DNA of 64,000 nt from Octopus vulgaris (lineage: Eukaryota), in assembly GCA_951406725.2 (NCBI GenBank), contig OX597816.1, forward strand, positions 167,090,001 to 167,154,000, written 5' to 3'. Position 1 is the stretch's first letter; every line of letters starts with the position of its first letter. Shown here one piece after another: positions 50,401 to 63,300 of this stretch. The notes beneath the pieces were generated by a model. That model saw nothing but the letters and a program-made list of their open reading frames with translations. It did no database searches and had not been told where the DNA came from. A program made the position numbers and the translations under genes.

Positions 50401-53400
50401 AACTTTATCTTTTATTTATTTCCAATCTAGTTTGTACTATATCATCACTAACCTTCCAATTAATATAAACGACATTAGTTCAACTAAAATCCTTCAAAGT
50501 AGTGTCTCAGCATGGCTGCAGTTCAATGACTGAAACATGTACATGGTACAGTTTATATTATGTATGTGTATGTGTGTGTGTGTGTGCCCGTACCAGCATG
50601 GTACGATATTGCTTATACACACACACACATACATATATACCTGCAGTGGGCCTCTTTCAATTTGATCATCATCATCATTGAGCATCTGTCTTCCATAAAT
50701 CCACTCACCAGGCCTTGGTTGGCCTGGGGCTGTAGTAAAAGACATTTGCTCAAGGTGCTGTATAATGGAACTGAACCTGAAGCTACATGGCTGGGAAGCA
50801 AGCTTGACCATACAGCCATGGCTGGTTTTGAGATTGTAATTGTGGCTGATGGCAGTGTCATGTAACTGGTCCATTAAAAGCGCCCTTCAAATGTTGGGCG
50901 ATAAGACCTGATGAGCTGAGTGAAATCATAGTCATGGATGATGCCAGTGCCATCTGACAGATACCTGTGCTGGTGGCACTTAAAAAGTAGCATTTGCGTG
51001 CTGGGCCTCATGGAGGCAATGACAGGTGACCAAGGACTTTGGCAATATATCATGCTTGTGTAACCTGTCAAGCCAAATGAGACCCTAGTCATGGCCAATG
51101 CTGGTGTCAAGTCAATGGCACCTGTGCCAGTGGCACGTAAAAACACTACAACATTCTCAGAGTGGTTGGCGTTAGGAAGGGCATCTAGTAGTAGAAACCT
51201 TGCCAGATCAGATCTAGACCTGGTGCAGCTCCCTGGTTTACTAGTTTTCAGTCAAACCGTCCAACCCATGCCAGCATGTGTTAAACGAAGATGATGATAT
51301 GTATAAGACTGTTGTTGAGGTATAAAAACTAACTACATTCTCCTTTAGAATACATTTTAACTCTTTAGCATTCAGATGGGCACGTAAAGAGCACCATCCA
51401 AATCGTGGCCGAAGCCAGTGCCGCCTCGACTGGCACGTAAAAATAACCCACTACACTCACGGAGTGGTTGGTGTTAGGAAGGGCATCCAGCTGTAGAAAC
51501 ATTGCCAGATAAGACTGGAGCCTGGTGCAGCCTTCTGGCTTCCCAGATCCCCGGTCGAACCGTCCAACCCATGCTAGCATGGAGAACGGACGTTAAACGA
51601 TGATGATGATGATTACTCTCTCAATTGTAATACTTATATTATTTTGAATTAATCATGAATTATTGTGTAGCATCAAGGTTTTGATGATTTGTTTGTTTTG
51701 TGCCATGCAAAAAGTACTGGTAATGGTGCCACATAAAGAGCCCCCAGTACACTCTGTAAAGTGGTTGGCATTAGGAAGGGCATCCGGCTGTACAAACCAT
51801 GCCAAAACAGACTATGAAATCTGATGGGGCTCCTGGCCTTGCCAGCTCCTGTTGAACCATCCAACCCATACCACCATAATGGGATAGGAGAACATAACAC
51901 AGGTTGTCTAATTGAGCTGGAAGGGTCAGTTGAAATGCTAAAGGGTTCATCAAGAGAAAGTTGTTTAGTATTCACCACACACAAATACATAGAGAGCAAA
52001 CAAGGTAACAATCTCTTTTGACCTCGTTTTGTTTAGTTATAAGGGGTTAACAATATTTGTGCGGAGTGCCCAACCTGGATTGTCATCATAATCTGTAAAA
52101 TACACAACCTGTGTAAGCAAAGTTAATTGCTATAAATGTCCGACTTCATCCCAACTTATTCTCATTGGTACCAGGTCGAGAATTTGGAATTACCAAACTG
52201 TTTTTAGAATAAATAATTAAACAAATGACATGTGCACACATAAACACCTTTTTACACTTTAAATAAACATTTGGTCTCTTGTTGGGTTTGCTTTCTTTCT
52301 TTCCTTCCTTGCTTTCTTGCTACAGTCCATGGTGTTTTGTATATTTTTTTTGTACATAATGCTGAATGTTATTTTGTTTTACTTACTGAATGAATATGTG
52401 TGCTTGCATGCATCTGTGAGCGCCTGTATGGGTGTGTATGTTGAGTTTAGAAACAGACGGAAAAGCACTCAATACAAAAGTAAAGTATAGCTATTTATTG
52501 TGGTGTTTATATTATTCTGTGTTAATCCTGATTATGTTCCTCCACTTGCTGTCTCCCACTATATGTGTGTGTGTATGTATGTATATGCACACACACACAC
52601 ACGCACATAATGATAGCTTTGAAGTCACTGTCAGTAACATTCTTTGGTTAAGAATAAATTTGTACTCTACAAAAGTATAGGGCAACCGCTCAGATTAATG
52701 TGAAATTGTTTTCATAACTAAGCATAAAAACAAATAGTCACACACACACACACACACAAATATTTATAGATACATAGAAACACACCAGTCACACCAGTGG
52801 TAGCATTCCAGCATGGTCCACACTCTTTTACTGAAATAAGTAAAAGTAGTACACACACACACACACACACACACGTGTTGAATTGCAAGCTATGGCGAGA
52901 TGCTGTGCTGGAGGAGACATCCTTGCAGTCAATGCGGGCAGAGAAAAACAGATGTGAAAATGGTTTGATATACATATATATATATATATATATATGTATC
53001 TTTCTACTTCTTTGAGTCATTACATTGTGGCCATGCTGGGGCACCACCATGTCATTTTAGTCAAGTAAATCGTCCCCAATAATAATTTTTTTTTTAAGCC
53101 TGCTACTTATTCTATCATTCTCTTTTGCTGCACTACTCAGTTACTGCAACACTGCTTGTTAAAGAGTAGTAGGGAATAAGCAAACAAAAACGTGTGTGTG
53201 TGTGTGTAGAAATATGTATAATATTTATATACAAACCAGAAGGCTTTGTAAGTTAGGGAGATAAAGCGACTATAGAATTCTATTGTTTATATATAAATGT
53301 TGCTTTTGGGCTAGTGTCTTCTACTATAGCCTCGGGCCGACCAAACCCTTGTGAGTGGATTCGGTAGACAGAAACTGAAAGAAGCCCGTTGTATATGTGT

Positions 53401-53735
53401 ATGTGTGTCTGTGTTTGTCCCCCAACATCGCTTGACAACCGATGCTGGTGTGTCTACGTCCCCGTAACTTAGCGGTTTGGCGAAAGAGATAAATAGAATA
53501 GGTACTAGGCTTACAAAGAATAAGTCCTGGGGTCGATTTGCTTGGCTAAAGGTGGTGCTCCAGCATGGCCACAGTCAAATGAGTAAAAGTGTCGAAATTT
53601 ACAGGAAAACAAAAGATAGATATATAAACAACAAGCAGGTGTATTAGTTTGACGCTCGAGAAAATGAGAAAGTCTTATGTTTTGAGTCTACACTCTTCAA
53701 TAGAAAGGGACACAAGGAAATAAACAGAGAGAGAA

Positions 53736-53798
<63 letters not shown>

Positions 53799-54476
53799 CA
53801 CTATCAGGATCTCAATCAAATCAAAATGAAAAACGGAAATTGTAGTTGTGGCAATAAGCACCATTCATGCGTGGGTTGTTGCCAGTGCTGCCTGACTGGC
53901 TCCCCGTGCCAGTGGTATGTAAAAAGCACCATCCAAATGTGGCTGAAGCCAGTGCTGCCCGACTGGCTCCCATGCCAGTGTCACGTAAAAAGTACTCACT
54001 ACACTCTGAGTGATAGGCATTAGGAAGGGCATCCAGCTGTAAAAACATTGCCAGATAAGATTGGAGCCTGGTGCAGCCTACTGGTTTGCCAGTCCTCAAC
54101 CGCCCAACTCATGCCAGCATGGAAAGCAGATGTTAAATGATGATGATATGTATATATGCACATATGACAAACTTCTTTTAGTTTCCATCTACCAAATGCA
54201 CTCACAAGGCTTTCTGGGCAGCCCAAGGTTCCATGTAGTGGAACTGAACCCAAAACCATGTGGTTGGGAAGCAAGTCTTTTACCACACAGCCACGCTTGC
54301 ACCTATAAAAATGTATATACATATACATGTGTGCACACACATACATAAATAGATCTGTGTGTGTGTATGTGTAAACCCCATGTTCTGAACTCCCAACAAA
54401 AAAGTCACTGTAAAGGGTTCCAAAATATAAAAAAAAAGGTTAGGTAGGTGTTTTGATAAATTGTATTTGAATGAAA

Positions 54477-54880
54477 GGATCTTTTCGGTTTGAACGGCAG
54501 TTTTTTAAAATAATTTCCACGTAACTAAACACTTTTAAACTTCGTATACTGGTAGAATGTGTTTATAAAACATCTTTTTCTTTTGGCTTTGAGAAAATTT
54601 TATAGTTTGTAATATATTTGTTGTTTTTTTCTTCAATTTCTGCAATTTCAACCAATCAATGACGTCTATTGAGGTGAAAACATTGTGCCGTATGAATATG
54701 TCCCTCGTTTAAGAAACAGATTGGGTTTATTTACATTTCTGAAGAAAAAAAGATACCCTCTAACCAACTCTAACCCTAAAACAGATTGAAATGCAATAGA
54801 TCGATACTAGGGTCATAATTATGGGTGACAATTTCATATGACACCGCTAGAAAAAACTGCCGTTCAAACCGCAAAGATCT
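54477..54880. mobile_element. Merlin-like MITE with 8-bp TSD
   Basis: 30-nt TIRs GGATCTTTTCGGTTTGAACGGCAGTTTTTT (28/30); gaatgaaa duplicated at 54469-76 and 54881-88. A decayed relative lies at ~42345-42570. Confidence 0.85.
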
Positions 54881-56415
54881 GAATGAAATGAAAAGTGACT
54901 GGACAAACTCTTTAATGGTCTCTATAAAACTCCACATACAAAAACATCAAGGATATTTATCAGAGCCAAACATGAAAGGAAATGGGCTTGTCCCATTAAG
55001 CTTGCAGGGGTGTCTTAGTGTGAAGGGAGTGGATAGGATTTGTTCAAGCCAAGTGAATAATAGTTTAGCTGAACTGTAACACTTTTACATTTTGTGCAGT
55101 GAGGGGGAAAAAATTTTTGCTGGGTTAAGGTAGACGTGGAAGGGAGGGTGGTTGGGTAATTGGTAGGGAGTTGGTAGTTATGTAGTGTGGATGAATGTGT
55201 TTAAAGGAATGTAAAGTAGGGGCTATTGAGATGCAGAAGAAGTCCTTAGGAAGAAATGTGTGTAATTCGAGGATGGTAACTGTTGTGATTGCTACACATT
55301 CAACAGCTGGAATAATTCAATGTGCTGAATAATGTTACAGCTGTTTGTTGTTGTTGTTGTTGTTTTAGAGATTTGTTTCCCCCTATTACAAAATAATTTT
55401 ACTCTTGCTACGGTTTAATTGCTATTAATTGCAATGATAAAAGGAAAAATATCTTTAAAGAAAACCTGATACTGTATCTGTGTGTCAGTGCATAAAGACC
55501 CTATTGTGTCCAGCACATTTGTCAGTGTTAGCAAAGAAAGCTGAACAAGAACCACCTGTTAGGGAGGAGAATGAGCTGTGGGTCTGAAAAAAGGCCCCAG
55601 TAAGGTTGCTTCATTTGTTTATCTTCTATTCTTTTGGGTGTTTCAGTCATTAGACTGAGGCCATGCTGACTCAGTGCCTTGAAAAGTTTCAGTCAAACAA
55701 ATCGACCCTAGGAATTATTTGTTTTTTAAAGCCTGGTACTTATTCTGTTGATCTCTTTTGCCAAACTGTTAAGTTATGGAGATGTAAACACACCAACACT
55801 GGTTGTCAAGCAGTGATGAGGGACAAGCACAAAGAAACACACAAATATACAGGATGGGCTTCTTTGAGTTTCTGTCTACCAACTCCATTTCCAAGGTTTT
55901 GGTTGGCCCAAGGCTATTGTTGAAGACACTTGCTCAAGGTACCACACTGTTGGACTGAACCCAGAACTGGTTATTTATCTTGTGTAGAGTGGGAAACCCT
56001 CAACGGATTAAGATTAATAAGTAGGAATAGATGGATCAGGAGTCAAGAGTTGAGAAGCATAATACAGAAGCAAGATGAGATGTTGATCCATTACAAACCT
56101 TTCTAACCCATGTCTATGATGGCGCCTCTGTGATCATTTGATTATATTAGAAAGAGGGCGCTAAATTGCCTTCAAACCTTATTGTTTAGAAAAGGCACAT
56201 TGGATAATGGGGTCTTAGATACACTTTTTTTTTTTTACTTGTTTCAGTCATTTGACTGCAGCCATGCTGGAGCACCACCTTTAGTCGAGCAAATCGACCC
56301 CGGGACATATTCTTTGTAAGCCCAGTACTTATTCTATCGGTCTCTTTTGCTGAACCGCTAAGTGACGGGGACGTAAACACACCAGCATCGGTTGTCAAGC
56401 AATGCTAGGGGACAA

Positions 56416-56452
<37 letters not shown>

Positions 56453-57529
56453 CATATACACGACAGGCTTTCAGTTTCCGTCTACCAAATCCACTCACAA
56501 GGCTTTGGTCGGCCCGGGGCTATAGCAGAAGACACTTACCCAGGGTGCCACGCAGTGGGACTGAACCCGGAACCATGTGGTTGGTTAGCAAGCTACTTAC
56601 CACACAGCCACTCTGTCTGGGAAAAAATTAAACAGGAAAGTCTTTCATGGAATATAATTGATTACAGCATGATCAAAAATGACCTGGGGCTAAATAATCT
56701 ATACAACATATCTTAGCAACCAACACTAGTAATGATGATGATCAAAGACAGTCCAGCCATGACCATGCCATCTATTTTTTCAACTAGAACATTTAAGACT
56801 CCATTTATGTAATGTGTTGACCATCCAAAATAGTACATCATCATCATCATCGTCTGTTTTCCATGGTGATGGTGATGATGGTGAGTCTAGGGGTGATGGA
56901 GGAAGGATTAAAGTTGTGAAATTATATAATAATCAACAGAGTTTATATAATTACATGCATAATTTAAAGGGGAACTGACATGTGACTTCTGTAAGGCAAC
57001 GTCAACAAATGTAATTAGCTCACTCCGTTTTAAAAAAGAAATATAATTTAACACTTGCTTCTAATAGGGGCCACATTGTCTCCTTCTTTTCAAGCTTTAA
57101 ACTAAATTGGGGACAGAAAATAAAAAACGAACAAAAGACGATTAGGTTTTTTTGACTAAAACTGATAATTTCTGATAAACAGTTTCTAATTGGTTGTCTG
57201 CTTTTTGTGGACATTTTGAGTGGTGAGAGAGAGAGAGGTTAATAGCTCTTGTGTTCAGTGTTAAATCTTTGTTCTAGGAGAGGCAGTTGTTCTGTTGTGT
57301 GTGTGTGTGGGGTGTGTTGTGCCTGTGTAGTGTATTGTTTGCTAATATCTGATTACAGGCGTAAGCAAGGCTGTTGTGGTTAAGAAACTTGCTTCCAAAC
57401 CATGTAGTCTTGGGTTCAGTCTCACTGTGGAATCTCGGGCAAGTGTTTTCTACTTTCTATTCTAGGGTTGATCAAAACCTTGTGAGTGGATTTTGTAGTT
57501 GGAAACTGGAAGAAGCCTGTAATGTATCT

Positions 57530-57746
57530 ATTTCTTTACTACCCACAAGGGGCTAAACACAGAGAGGACAAACAAACGGATTAAGTCGATTATATCGACC
57601 CCAGTGCGTAACTGGTACTTATTTAATCGACCCCGAAAGGATGAAAGGCAAAGTCGACCTCGGCGGAATTTGAACTCATAACGTAGCGGCAGACGAAATA
57701 CGGCTGCGCATTTTGCCCGACATGCTAACGTCTCTGCCAGCTCGCC
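57530..57746 (-). mobile_element. Young Nin/Deu-core SINE with ~15-bp TSD
   Basis: CpGs are intact; gcctgtaatgtatct is at 57515-29 and 57744-58. Confidence 0.9.
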
Positions 57747-58651
57747 TGTAATGTATCTGTGAGTGATCGTTATCGTTTAACATCCATTGTCCATGCTGGC
57801 GTGGGTTCAATGGTTTGACCATGGCTTGCAAGCTGGAAGGCTGCACAAAAACTCCAATCTGTTTTAGCTTGGTTTCTACAGCTGGAGGCCCTTCCTAACA
57901 CCAACCACTCTGAGAGTGTAGTGGGTGTTTTCACGTGCCACTGGCACAGGTGCCATTTACGTGACACCAATATCTGCCATGACTGTGATTTTACTTGTCT
58001 TGTGTAGTACAAATATTTCAGCTCTGTGGTTGAGAAGCTTGTTCAGTGTTACCCTGTGGCATCTTGGGAAAGTGTCATCTTCTATAGCCACAGGTCCACC
58101 AATGGATTTGGCAGATGGAAACACGAAAATACCAGCTGTATATATATATCATCATCATCATCATAGTATAAACATCCACTTTTTGAAAGTTGAAAGCATC
58201 AGAGTTTATTAAGGCAAATTTTTCTACAGCTGGATGCCCTTTATGTTGCCAATCCTTATCTATTTCCAAGCAAGGGAATATTTCCCCATGGCTAGACATG
58301 TTTATGAAGAACATGGAAAATGAATGACACTTTAACAGCGCTTACATGATGCCAAGACAAGGAGACACACAAGCACACACACATGCATGATAAGCTTCTT
58401 TCAGTTTCCATTGACCTACTCCACTCACGAGGCTTTGGTCAGCTTGGGACTATAGTTGAAGACACTTGCCAAAGGTGCCATGCAGTGGGACTGAACTTGA
58501 AACCATATCATGGTTATTATCAGTCCAAATATGCTTGATATATGTTCAAACTTGAGAATCAGCTACTCACTGCGTTTTGTCACAGAGAGAGAATATATCT
58601 CACTTGTTGACTAATGGTTTGTATACACCTAGATCAGCTCGCAGTGCCATC

Positions 58652-58717
58652 TGCCTACACTGTGAGATGTTAACATTTCGGAGTAGTTGTCTCCTCATCG
58701 GTCACAGATACTAAGCA
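58652..58717 (-). ncRNA. Type I hammerhead ribozyme, inverted copy (U4C core variant)
   Basis: The - strand reads tgcttagtat-ctgtga-CCGATGA-ggag-acaacta-ctcc-GAAA-tgttaaca-TC-tcacag-tgtaggca. Confidence 0.8.
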
Positions 58718-58974
58718 GATGATCTAGGTGTATACACGCCATTTGTCAACAAGTGAGATATACTCTTTGTCACAAAACATTGCGAGTAGCTTGTTCCCCA
58801 GTTCGAACGGGCATCAAACGTACTCGGACTGATAATAAAATTGCAATTTCCCTTATCACTGCTTAGCACTCCCCCTCTGTTATTTACTTACGGTGAGCTG
58901 CCCTATAGCGCTGCCAGTCAGCATACAGTGACTGGAAAAGCATAAGAGAAGTAATCTCTTAAATCAGCTCGTAG

Positions 58975-59040
58975 TGCTTAGTGTCTGTGGCTGATGAGGA
59001 GATAACTACTCTGAAATGTTAACATCTCACAGTGTAGGTA
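58975..59040 (+). ncRNA. Type I hammerhead ribozyme (intact core)
   Basis: Stem I ctgtgg/tcacag (extended by tgctta/taggta), CTGATGA 58991-97, stem II ggag/ctct, GAAA 59013-16, palindromic stem III tgttaaca, AUC cleavage after 59026. Confidence 0.9.
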
Positions 59041-60229
59041 GATGGCGCTGTGAATTGATCTAGGTGTATACACACCATTTGTCAACAAGCGAGGTATATT
59101 CTCTGTGGCAAAATGCAGTGAGTACCTTGTTCCCCAGTTTGAATGTGTATCAAGCATATTCAAACTGATAATAACATTGCAATTTCCCTTATCACTGCTT
59201 AGTGCTCCCCCTCTGAAACAATGTGGTTGGGGAGCAAACTCGTTAACCACGCACCCATGCATGTGTGTCCCATCACATGATCGTTACTGCCACACAATTG
59301 ATGAGGTTCATTTCCAGTCTTCTGTTGAAAAACATTTGGCTTTGAGGAAACATAAGATTACTTGGAAACGGGTGAGGGCTGGTGACAGGAAGGGTATCCC
59401 ACCATAGAAAATCTGCTTCAACAAAGTCCTTCTGACCCATGCAAGCATGGAAATGTGGTCATTAAACATCATCATCATCATCGTATAACCTCTGTTTTTC
59501 ATGGTGGTGTGGTTTTGATGGTTTGACAGGAGCTGGCAAGACAGAGAGCAGCGCCAGTTGTCTGTTCTGGCATGATGTCTATAGCTGGATGCCCTTCCTA
59601 ACACAAACCCCTTTACAGAGTGTACCGGGTGCTTTTTATGTTGCACTTGCATGGGTGCTTTATATGTGGCATGCTTTTTACGATGAATAGTAGTGATGAT
59701 AATTTTATTTGATAATAGGAAATACCAATAAAACACTATGTATCATCATCATCATCATTCAATATCCGTTGTCTGTGCTGGCATGGGTTGGACGGTTTAG
59801 CCAGAGCTGGCAAGCTGGAAGGCTGCACCAGACTCTTGTTTTAGCATGGCTTCTATGGCTAGATGTGCTTCCTAACACCAACCACTCAGCAGATTTTAAT
59901 GGGTGCTTTTACGTGCCATTTGCATGACATCAGTATCTATGACAACTGCGATTTTGCTCAGCTTGATGGGTCTTCTTCTCAAGCACAACATGATGCCAAA
60001 TGCCAAATGCCAAATGTATCTTTGTTTCGATTCTACAAATATAAACTGAATCTGTTAAATTGCAGGGGCTTTTAGATGAGATGTATGTCTGAAGAGTGCT
60101 GTTTGGGTTGTGTGGATGGTTAGGCAAATTAAAGAGCTGGGATTTAATAAATATCTAGTTTGTTTAATTGTAAGTAGTCCATTGCACAACATAAAAACAT
60201 TGATTTTTTTTTTATTTTTTATTTTTCAG

Positions 60230-60257
60230 ATGTTGATTTAGCAGAGCAGTTTGCTAG
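60230..60257 (+). CDS. Candidate 28-nt coding micro-exon (x-VDLAEQFA-R)
   Basis: Very strong acceptor (long T tract, ttttcag|). Open only in phase 1. Donor TAG|gttaac is weaker. Identity unknown. Confidence 0.4.
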
Positions 60258-60376
60258 GTTAACCTGTCACCTTCTTATATATACTATCCAATGTATGTAT
60301 AAAGGGAGTTACCTTTATTCCAAGCAATTCATGACTACAAAAAAAAAAAGAAATCACTGTATCCATGGTACAAACA

Positions 60377-63300
60377 TTATTATTATTATTTTCTGATTGA
60401 TTTGCATTTTTATTTTCCGACCGGGTCTCAACCAGAGACATCAGGCACATGTATATTAGATGGAGATAAACGTCCTGAGAAGGTGGGTGGTTAATGTCAG
60501 CACAATTTTTTGGTCCTCGTAGATTGTTGAATTCCTTGGAATCTGGTCAAAAAACTTTGTCAGTACCTTTTTAGATCATTTCCAAGGCACCTACAACAAA
60601 AGGGACAGTTTTGGTTTTTAATCACCACATCTTAAATATCTCAATCTCGTGCAAGTATTGACCAACTTTGATAATGCCTGGTTTTATATTCTGTAGGGAC
60701 AAGGACTGAGCAGCTGGCAACAATGTGGTCAATGCTCTCAGGTTTGTCAGTGCAGAATCTACACTTTGTGTCTACCCCATTATGAGTGACATTAGCTTAA
60801 CAGTTCCGAGTAAGGAGACTGGTCTTGTGCCACTTGGATAAGTCCTATCTATTTCGGCTTTCAAACCAGTGCTCTGCAGCCGCTGATGGAGATGCCAAAC
60901 AGGAAAGCTTGTAGGAAATGGTGAGATTGTGGCAAGACAAACCATTCTATGAGCAATACCCCAAATGAGTTGGTGAATGATGAGTTCCCAGCTCATTTAG
61001 GGTATCGCTCATGTAATGGTTTTTTCTTGCTGCAGTCTGTCTTTTGTCTTACTTTTTTTGTTGTCTTAGTGGGTGGTGTTTTCCTTATCATCATCATCAT
61101 CATCAAGGAAGTTACACTCTTGTCTGTATTTATATGCTTCCTTGGACATCTGATTTTGGGTGGTGCATCCTGTTTAGTACCAGTAGCTTCCTGGTCTTTC
61201 TGTCCATATTCTGGGTTTCATTCAGATTCCAATTGATGACATTAAGGCTATACTGGACAACTGCTACCGCCAGGAAGTTTATTGCTGCAATTCTATTCTT
61301 GGGATTCAACTGAGTATTCAGGACCATTCTGACACGTCTATAATATTCTTTCCTGATCTCTTGCATCGACCTTGCTGAATCCCTTTCCCTTCATTTACCC
61401 CCAAGGTACTTATAGAAGAAACCTCCTTGATCCAGATCCTTGGGAGATGTAACATTATGAAGTTAGGTGACAGTATTAGCTGTCAGGTTACCGCATTTGA
61501 ATGTAACTTTTGTACATTTGTCAAGGCCAAGTTTCATATTGATGTCATTAATGAATTTTTTCAGTTAACAGTAGCCCTTTCAGCATCTTGTCAATTCTTG
61601 TAGAGAATTTCAGATCATTCGTGTTATAGTAAGTGTAAGATGATCTTATCGAACATTTCGTACCTGTTATTTGTTCCATTCATTTTGTGGGACAAGGCAA
61701 TGAAGACGAGAGTGGATATTCCACAATCTATTTTGATTTTCTCCGACCCATGCAAGCTTTTCTTATGGGTCAGGAACAATTTTGTGTGGCACAGTTCCTT
61801 ACTGTGTTGTAGAAAACCTTTTATGAAAAGAGAGATCTCGTATTTATTTAGTGCCTTTAAGATCCAGCTATGTGGGACACTGTTAAACGCCCATTTTTTT
61901 GATGAGCAATTCTTGAGTATCATACGGTTTATTAATAGCTGATCTTTGCTGCCATATGAGTTCCTTTTGCACCCCTTTTTGTTCAAGGGAAAGGATGTTG
62001 TTTTGGTCGAGAAATTGGTACATCCTTTCAGTGAGGATGATGTAAGTATTTTGCACATAGTTGTCAAACAAGTGATTGGCCTGTACTTTTTTTGGGTTTT
62101 CTTTGTCGCTTGTTTTAGGGCAGTGGTTCCCAACCTTTTTGTGATCATGTACCACTTGAAGGTTTTGTACAGCCGCCGTGTACCACCTGGTTCCAGAAAA
62201 ACTCAATTCGATCAGATATCAATTTAATCACAAGTAGAAAACACAAATGAACTAACAACAAAGAACACAACTTAATTTAATGTGAGGGCTGAATCTGTTT
62301 CTTCTCCACCAGCTGGTCGACGTGGGGCATAACCTTGCTCACAGCGCATCGGAAATCTTGGCTGGGCCCAGCAAGATGCTTCTGGCTCTTCAATTTGGTG
62401 GGCAGTAAGGCTGAAAACCCCTGCTCACACTCCCATGTAGAGGAGAAAATCAGTAGCTGGGGGCTAGCGTCAAGTATGAGAAGGCCATGCTTAGCCAGAG
62501 GTTTATAGGAGAGCATTCTTTGTGTTTTGTCTTTGCTGTCTTGTCAGTCTGGATATCTATGAATTGTTGTTCTCCAGTCCTGACAGGCAACTCGGCTGGT
62601 TCAATGGAGAATGGATTGGCAATGGAGGCACAACGTGTCATATCCGGGAAGTAATGCATCAACTCGGTCTTGAGCAGTGAGAGGTGATGGATAATTTTTG
62701 GGGCAAATTCATCATTAGGCTCACTGTCAAGTGTAGTCAGGAGTTTGAACATTCCGTAGCGTTTGCTCTCCACATTCTTCAGCCACAGATCCAACTTCCG
62801 GACAAGCGCTCCCAGCTTCGAGATCAACTCTGTGTCAGTGTAGTTGGGCCCTTGAAATGACAGTTTTAAGTGTGTGAGGGCTCCAAAAATGTCCGACAGG
62901 TAGGCCAGCCTTGAGATAAACTCCTTGTCCTTCAGATCTTTTTGAAAATTGTGTTCCTTCTATGTGAAGAAGACAAGAAGTTTATCCCTCAGTTCAAAGA
63001 AATGCCTCGTCATATTACCCCCAGGACAGCCAGTGAACCTCTGTGGTAGAGGAGACAGACGTGATCAGAGCCAAAATCTTAGCAGAGCAGCTTGAACAGC
63101 TGAATATTCAGAGCCGATGTTTGGATGAAATTTACAATTCTTATAAATCGATTCAAGCATGGATAAAAGCTTTGGTGGGAGCACCTGAGCACAAAGGCGA
63201 ATCTGTGTATGAAACAATGGACAGCAGTGGTGTTTGATGACACAGCTTCCACATTGGCTTGAAAACTTGACTTTGAGGCTCTCACTCTCTCTATCACTTG

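Larger units (their letters stand above)
58507..59213. mobile_element. Hammerhead-containing retrozyme/Penelope-like insert (partial tandem 336-nt monomer plus inverted copy)
   Basis: 58721-58880 recurs at 59057-59215; 58510-58717 is the reverse complement of 58975-59178. Flanked by tgaaaccat/tgaaacaat, inside a SINE. Confidence 0.8.

Noticed and set aside
50903-50935. CTGATGA-gctgagt-GAAA hammerhead match
   Set aside because: A mutated copy of the RTE 3' module (gacccatcaagccaagtgaaatc) seen elsewhere in the window without the motif; stems I and III do not form.
55571-55599. ATG-containing exon candidate MSCGSEKRP with CA|gtaagg donor
   Set aside because: The phase-2 donor gives an immediate stop on the 60230 exon; no other support.
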